DNA of 32,000 bases, from positions 11,130 through 43,129 of the forward strand of contig JBHLRO010000023.1 of assembly GCA_048882505.1 (NCBI GenBank), in the 5' to 3' direction. Below, in pieces: positions 26,705 through 32,000 of this stretch (position 1 is the stretch's first letter; the number at the start of each line of letters is the position of its first letter). Below the pieces are notes generated by a model. The model did not search any database. It had not been told where the DNA came from and saw nothing but the letters and a program-made list of their open reading frames with translations. Source of the DNA: Candidatus Thorarchaeota archaeon (GTDB taxonomy: Archaea > Asgardarchaeota > Heimdallarchaeia > Hodarchaeales > Hodarchaeaceae). The translations under genes and the position numbers were made by a program.

Positions 26705-27223
26705 ATGAGTAAAGGCACCAATTTTGGAACCCTAGGCATTTTTCTGATTACGTTCTTCTTGATTTGGGTTTTTTTTATTCAAGGCCCTGAAGGGGACATC
26801 TCAGATTTCTCTATATTATTTGTTGGTCTGTCTAACGACTTGTTCCTCATAGCTTTATTCCTGATTCTTTTGTCCATCCTCATGTTCGTCAATCGTGATT
26901 TCTTTCTCAAGATAACTTTAATTTTTTTGAGTATCTTTCGGGTTCTCAATACCTGTGGCTATTGTGTTCCCTTACGTGGAGAAGAATCGCCGTATCTTGT
27001 TAATGGATCATGCAGCAAATGTAAAACGCATATCTGTTCTGTTTGTTTTAAATTCGTAACCAAGAAAAAACCGAATTCAGTGGGATGCCCAAAGTGTGGC
27101 TCAGTGAAATTTGTCCCAAATGAGTTACTTGCTTATCCCTTTCATGTTCCGAGCTTGATTCAAAGAAACTTTGATAGAATTCAAAAGAGTCAAACTAAAC
27201 AAAAGGATGTCCGAAATGCCTAA
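26705..27223 (+). CDS. Membrane protein with a C4C4 zinc finger (RING-like or FYVE-like)
   Basis: Three hydrophobic segments are followed by C-x2-C-x15-C-x2-C-x4-C-x2-C-x13-C-x2-C (26954-27097). Confidence 0.75.
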   Translation: MSKGTNFGTLGIFLITFFLIWVFFIQGPEGDISDFSILFVGLSNDLFLIALFLILLSILMFVNRDFFLKITLIFLSIFRVLNTCGYCVPLRGEESPYLVNGSCSKCKTHICSVCFKFVTKKKPNSVGCPKCGSVKFVPNELLAYPFHVPSLIQRNFDRIQKSQTKQKDVRNA

Positions 27224-29960
27224 CCCATCACCTTTTACCGCCCTGAGGTTAACTATGATAACTTTGATCCTAGGTTTGGCTCTTCCCTCGTTATACGAAT
27301 TACCTATTGCTTCGTTTCAGTATAAGGATCCAAATATAAGTCGGACATTAGTCCCTATCGACAGAAAAGTGAATTATAATCCGTTATCCGATGAAATCAC
27401 CATAAATTCATTTCCAAGCTCACTTGTATATGATATAAACCTCGTTTTTATAGGTATGAACGAGAGTCACATGAATGTGTCCAGTCTCGTGGATTCTCTG
27501 CCGAGAATCTCGCAAATTAGTAGATACGTGCCTCTATCTTATCTTTTTGAGACTTTTATAAACTATTCTATTAATTATCATGTCTTTTTCATGGAACCTG
27601 CATTGGCAATTGATTTATCTGATGCAATTACGAAGATTGGGGATTACGGATTTACACTTGAAATGGGACTTTATTGGTCAGGTAGAACAAATATCACACA
27701 ATATCGTCGCCTCCAGGTTCCAAGTACCAGGGACTTCTTGTCTAACAACCTAAATACATACCGTACCACATCTGGATATTCTCCCGCGATTCTTTCGACT
27801 TCTCCCACCATTTTTTTTACCAATTTTTTCGTTAATAACTCCATCTTCTGGCAAAATGGGAATCCTGTGCCTCATGTGTTTTACTTAACTAGGGCCGATC
27901 AGGATACGGGCCTAGTTTCTGATCTAAGACTTGATTCTCGATATTCCCCAGGATTTGAATGGCCCGATGCTCGATGGATCTTATTAGACCTTTCCAGCGG
28001 GCCATGTCCTTATGAGGCCGTTGATTTGGAGTATACTAATTTTTTTGAGACATCCGAGGAGACAATCGATTTGAACAGCCGCACAAGCGAAATGACCACC
28101 TTGGTGAGATCGGTCGTCTTAGCTAGGTTCTTACCCACTTACGTTTATGAACCGATTTGGAAACCAACGATAGAGTTAGATTTGTTGGTATACCATGATT
28201 CCAACTTTAGCACGTCGAATGATATTGATTTTAATGTAGTGAAATCCTCCATTCAAGATCTTTTCCCGTTTTCTCCCGTCACCCTGAACTATGATTCATT
28301 TGAAATTGTAGGCGGCGATGAAGTTGACCAATATTTCGACTATATTGGTGGTTATTCAGATTATGCCACTTGGGCGTCTCAATTGATAGATTTTGTAGCT
28401 TCCAAAGAAATACAGGTATTTGGAAATATCGATGAAAACAATGTCTTAAGACTTTTGACAGGGGTTTTCGCTACCTCAAGAGTATCCTCTAATAGATCTT
28501 TAGGGTATACCTATGGTCCGCTGGGTTCAAATCGGGCTTTGGGGAGCGTTGTGACCCTGAGTCCCCTGACATCGGATACAACTAAAGAGGGTTACACCCA
28601 AACGATAATCCACGAATTAGGTCATGGGTTAGGTCTAAGACATCCTCACGACTTTAGGTATAATGGGAATCTGTACAAGATATGGTCTTGGGATATCGCG
28701 GAGACTCCTCTCTCATATTTCCACTCCGTATATCAGTTTAGTCTCCTTGATAAAGACGCCTCATTGAGAGGGAATTATAGGCACGTGTATAACGAAAGTA
28801 TCGGGATGTTTGAAAGAATAAGGACCGTTTTACAGCAGAAGAACTTCCCAATTAACAGTTACCCTTCAAACGTCTCGGCAATGTTGCTGAATGCATCGGA
28901 TCTTATTGCAGGGTCAGTGTTTGAGTTTCAACGACACGACTATAAGCTATCCTTATACGAAATAATCCAGGGATTTCAGCTAATTCTGGACGCCTATGAC
29001 ATTGTCCAGAAATGTTCTGATTATTTCTATCCAATTATTAATTTCGAAAATGTTAACAATACTTCCATGGATTACGGGGAGGAATTTCAACTCAAGGGCG
29101 AAAGCGTGACCTATGAATCTCCTAATATTTCCATCACAAAGAATTATTTAATACGATACGCGATAGTAAACGAAACGATCAACCACTTAAGTCAGCATGA
29201 ATCATCTTTCGTCGTATCCGTTCCCTCAATTCTATTCGGTCAACCTGATACTATTTCCTATTTTCATGTTCAGATCAATGATGGTGTATTCATCCATAAA
29301 TATGTATGGTCGCATTATTATGAGCAGCTTAAGATCTCCATCATTTCTCCTGCAAATAACATGAGGATAAATCTAGGATCCTCCACACAGGTAGGAATTT
29401 ATGGAAATTATAGATCCTCGTCTTCTGACTCTTCAATTTCAATCCTATATGGCTCGTACTGGTATGTTTTAGATAGGGAAGATAATATGTCATTCTGGGA
29501 GTCCGTCAATAAGTCTTCAGGGAATCAATGGTTTTTCGACGCTAATACCAGCAGATTTAGTGATGGTACAAATCTCATTAAAGTGCGAATCTACAATGAG
29601 GAGGTTTTAAATAATGATTCAGTTTCGCTTCAGATTTCTGGTTTGAATATAATCAACCTGAACTCTAGTGAACCCTACCATGACACCTCACACCCTACAC
29701 CACCCTCATCCCCCTCACCAAACCAGATTCCCGAAATCCCTCTTGTGATACAAGCCTTGGTTTTGATTGTACCTCCCCTTATTGTCATTCAGCGAGTTAG
29801 ACAATCTAGGAGGAAAAGACAGATGACAGATATAATGGATCGTGATATAGTTTCCTTACCAGATCATAAAGAGGCTCTCTCAGATCTTAAGGCTTCAATC
29901 AATCGAAGAGCTCCTACAAGGGAAGATAGTCAGGAGTTCAAAATCAAAAGGAAAAGGTAG
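27207..29960 (+). CDS. Membrane-anchored zinc metalloprotease (HExxHxxGxxH, metzincin-like)
   Basis: HELGHGLGLRH at 28611-28643, an N-terminal hydrophobic segment, a Pro/Ser linker HPTPPSSPSP, a C-terminal TM LVIQALVLIVPPLIVI and a basic tail. The start is the ATG at 27207 or 27216. Confidence 0.8.
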   Translation: MSEMPNPSPFTALRLTMITLILGLALPSLYELPIASFQYKDPNISRTLVPIDRKVNYNPLSDEITINSFPSSLVYDINLVFIGMNESHMNVSSLVDSLPRISQISRYVPLSYLFETFINYSINYHVFFMEPALAIDLSDAITKIGDYGFTLEMGLYWSGRTNITQYRRLQVPSTRDFLSNNLNTYRTTSGYSPAILSTSPTIFFTNFFVNNSIFWQNGNPVPHVFYLTRADQDTGLVSDLRLDSRYSPGFEWPDARWILLDLSSGPCPYEAVDLEYTNFFETSEETIDLNSRTSEMTTLVRSVVLARFLPTYVYEPIWKPTIELDLLVYHDSNFSTSNDIDFNVVKSSIQDLFPFSPVTLNYDSFEIVGGDEVDQYFDYIGGYSDYATWASQLIDFVASKEIQVFGNIDENNVLRLLTGVFATSRVSSNRSLGYTYGPLGSNRALGSVVTLSPLTSDTTKEGYTQTIIHELGHGLGLRHPHDFRYNGNLYKIWSWDIAETPLSYFHSVYQFSLLDKDASLRGNYRHVYNESIGMFERIRTVLQQKNFPINSYPSNVSAMLLNASDLIAGSVFEFQRHDYKLSLYEIIQGFQLILDAYDIVQKCSDYFYPIINFENVNNTSMDYGEEFQLKGESVTYESPNISITKNYLIRYAIVNETINHLSQHESSFVVSVPSILFGQPDTISYFHVQINDGVFIHKYVWSHYYEQLKISIISPANNMRINLGSSTQVGIYGNYRSSSSDSSISILYGSYWYVLDREDNMSFWESVNKSSGNQWFFDANTSRFSDGTNLIKVRIYNEEVLNNDSVSLQISGLNIINLNSSEPYHDTSHPTPPSSPSPNQIPEIPLVIQALVLIVPPLIVIQRVRQSRRKRQMTDIMDRDIVSLPDHKEALSDLKASINRRAPTREDSQEFKIKRKR

Positions 29961-29962
29961 AA

Positions 29963-30520
29963 ATGCCATTCAGAAAGACAAAATTATTCGTAATTGTTGC
30001 TGTTTTCTCTTTTATAAATCCATTACTGCATGTCACCGGGAGTCCTTCCTTGAGTGCTGATGAAGTCTGGAATAAATTAAATTCTGAAACTCCTCCTCTA
30101 ATTATTGATGTTAGATCACAGCTTGAGTATATCGAAAGTCATATCCCAACCTCGATAAACATTCCGATTGGCACCAATGGGATCAACCAAAGCCTTATTG
30201 ACATGATACAGGGTTACAATAAAAATGAAATAATTGCAGTCTGTAGCTGTCCCGAAGGATCAAATGCTAAAGTATTTGCTGATGACCTCCTCTCAAATGG
30301 GTTTGACAATGTCTATTATATGATTGATAATTACCGTTTCTGGCCCTATACTGCCGTGTCTGGGAGTTTACCTGGTGAATTAAATATGAATTCAATCTCA
30401 ACTGACGATATAAATCCGTCCTCGCCCCCAGATGACTTATCCCCACTACTATTGATTAACATAATCCTTGTTGGGATTCTGGTATTTCAATATGTCATTA
30501 AACCAAGAATTAAGCAATGA
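29963..30520 (+). CDS. Rhodanese-domain protein with a signal peptide and C-terminal TM anchor
   Basis: LIIDVRSQLEYIESHIPTSINIP, active-site-loop region AVCSCPEGSNA and GFDNVY, with hydrophobic segments at both termini. Confidence 0.85.
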   Translation: MPFRKTKLFVIVAVFSFINPLLHVTGSPSLSADEVWNKLNSETPPLIIDVRSQLEYIESHIPTSINIPIGTNGINQSLIDMIQGYNKNEIIAVCSCPEGSNAKVFADDLLSNGFDNVYYMIDNYRFWPYTAVSGSLPGELNMNSISTDDINPSSPPDDLSPLLLINIILVGILVFQYVIKPRIKQ

Positions 30521-30529
30521 GGGAACAGG

Positions 30530-30751
30530 TTGAAGCAGGAACTAACAGGACGACTCCTAAACCGGGTCGTGTCACAGATCCGAATGGGAGTCCAGCCCGA
30601 TTCACCCCACAGACGGCTCCCCTTCTCTTTCGGTCAAGCCATTCAAATCCACCCAAAATACCAGCTAAGGGGTGTTTGGGAGATTTTAAGACGATATTAC
30701 CTCGATTACACCCACGACAAGCCCTTTAAAGGGGGCAATCAATATGTATAA
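30530..30751 (+). CDS. Small orphan ORF in a second GC-elevated patch
   Basis: TTG start; G+C is 34/60 at 30541-30600. An alternative frame (30517-30729) is also open, so the coding frame is uncertain. Confidence 0.35.
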   Translation: MKQELTGRLLNRVVSQIRMGVQPDSPHRRLPFSFGQAIQIHPKYQLRGVWEILRRYYLDYTHDKPFKGGNQYV

Positions 30752-30803
30752 CCATCACATTATTATGTGAATTCTTATTACGTATTTAATGCGGGAATGA
30801 TCA

Positions 30804-31832
30804 ATGTCAAACCAGTTCTCTTTCTTTGAATATTATCTCGACCCTGATTTGGATACTTTTTCCGATGCTGACCTAGAGACAATCAGGAGAGAATATAAGA
30901 GGCGTGAAGCTGCTGGATGTGACCCGTCTCATTGTTCCGATGTTACAATTAAGACTCCTCGGTACGAAAAAACCGTAAAGCTAGGGGAGGTAATCGATAA
31001 AATAAAGGGTTATGAATATAAAATCAAAGGTATGTACTGGGAATTTATTCAATCAGGTAGAGATATTCCTCCTGATTCATGTCTCCTCGACCTCATCCCT
31101 GGAATCCACTGGATACACCAAACATGGAGTCCTAAGTACGAGGAGTCTAGATTTCGAATTTCATCAACGCCAAATTCGTATGTGATACCAGAAATCATTA
31201 GACCCTATGTCGATTTTGTCAATTCTGTTAAGGAATTGAGCCCCGTTATTCGTGATAATTTTGTTGGAAAAGTCAATTTTCAAATCCTATCTGATTTAGA
31301 AAAACCCCTGTATTGCCATTTAAACTATGGAACTGATGGCAAAATTACCTTAGTTGAGGAAACACACCCGAATCCCACTTTAACTTTAAAAGGGTATTAT
31401 GTACTTCTGTACCGCTTATTTCACTTGGGAGATTTACGTCCTAAGAGGTCTTCAGACACGTTTTCGTATCTACACTGGAAGATGAAAAAATATTTCGAAC
31501 CTAGACGTCGAAACGAACCTTTTATTCATCCATTTTTGTATAACTTCCTACCAACTCCGAATCTCAATGTCTATGACCCCCTGAAACAATGGTTTTATAC
31601 TCTTTTAAAAGTCGAACAGACCTATGCCACCAAGTTTGACCTATTCTATGGTCGTCCCGTAAAACGGTATCGTGTTTCCTTGGATGACAATCACAGACTT
31701 CGGATACAAATTCAGTATCGAGATGTTGAAACCCCTCAGAATTATTACCCTCAATCCTTCTATGAGAGCATCTCCATTTTCGAGTTTCTCCGCTGGAACC
31801 TTTATGGTCAAATTCTTGATATTTACCGGTAA
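30804..31832 (+). CDS. Hypothetical protein (342 aa), possibly with a central SCP2-like segment
   Basis: A long ORF with an ATG start. FVGKVNFQI...LYCHLNYGTDGKITLVEETHPNPTLTLKG...LYRLFHLG resembles the SCP2 strand/helix pattern. Confidence 0.7.
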   Translation: MSNQFSFFEYYLDPDLDTFSDADLETIRREYKRREAAGCDPSHCSDVTIKTPRYEKTVKLGEVIDKIKGYEYKIKGMYWEFIQSGRDIPPDSCLLDLIPGIHWIHQTWSPKYEESRFRISSTPNSYVIPEIIRPYVDFVNSVKELSPVIRDNFVGKVNFQILSDLEKPLYCHLNYGTDGKITLVEETHPNPTLTLKGYYVLLYRLFHLGDLRPKRSSDTFSYLHWKMKKYFEPRRRNEPFIHPFLYNFLPTPNLNVYDPLKQWFYTLLKVEQTYATKFDLFYGRPVKRYRVSLDDNHRLRIQIQYRDVETPQNYYPQSFYESISIFEFLRWNLYGQILDIYR

Positions 31833-31969
31833 TCGTAAATTGATATAATATTCAAGGACTTTATTTTCTAAATTAGAAACTTTAAAAATGGAATTTTTAT
31901 TATACAGATGAGGTCAGAAAGTGTGATGTCCAATATCGCCTTAATCAGACAGTTCGATAGGTGAATCTT

Positions 31970-32000
31970 CCACCTCATATGTATCGCCCGAGATGAAAGC
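31970..32000 (+). repeat. 31-bp direct repeat, copy 2; may extend beyond the window
   Basis: Identical to 20196-20226 and reaches the last base of the window. The sequence upstream of the two copies differs (ATGGTAA vs GAATCTT). Confidence 0.95.

Noticed and set aside
21562-31832. Integrase, transposase, HUH Rep or capsid gene explaining mobility
   Set aside because: No R-H-R-Y tyrosine-recombinase, DDE, HUH or capsid-like motif could be recognised in ORFs A-C or in the 73-aa and 342-aa ORFs.
31946-31972. tRNA-like fragment (GTTCGAT ... CCA) before the terminal repeat
   Set aside because: The flanks of GTTCGAT do not pair as a T-stem and no cloverleaf can be formed.

Overview
Probably a chromosomal segment of an Asgard archaeon. 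This is inferred from an Arf-like GTPase fused to a longin/roadblock-like domain, GGTGA/GGAG-type ribosome-binding sites, a tungsten-type AOR and sequon-rich surface proteins; there is no rRNA or ribosomal marker to confirm it. 1-21244 is mostly metabolic: a partial long-chain acyl-CoA ligase missing from the ORF track, a degenerate ParA/MinD-like protein, a membrane vWA protein, AOR, SCP2, two Fe-ADHs, an LsrG-like ABM protein, a class-III PLP enzyme plus FGGY kinase, an Arf-like GTPase, a GT-C glycosyltransferase, an orphan DNA methyltransferase and an adjacent LKR + SDH (split AASS-like) pair. 21245-32000 looks accessory. It has two 26-bp direct repeats, then a sharply GC-richer ~1.3-kb operon of three ATGA-coupled orphan ORFs, then a four-gene membrane/surface operon (FG-GAP/Ig adhesin, TM C4C4 zinc finger, metzincin-like protease, rhodanese), a second GC-rich orphan patch and a 342-aa unknown. 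The last 31 bases of the window exactly duplicate 20196-20226 inside the SDH gene, so 20196-31969 (11,774 bp) may be an integrated, excisable or tandemly duplicated unit, or an assembly artefact. No integrase, transposase, cas gene, tRNA or rRNA was recognised.
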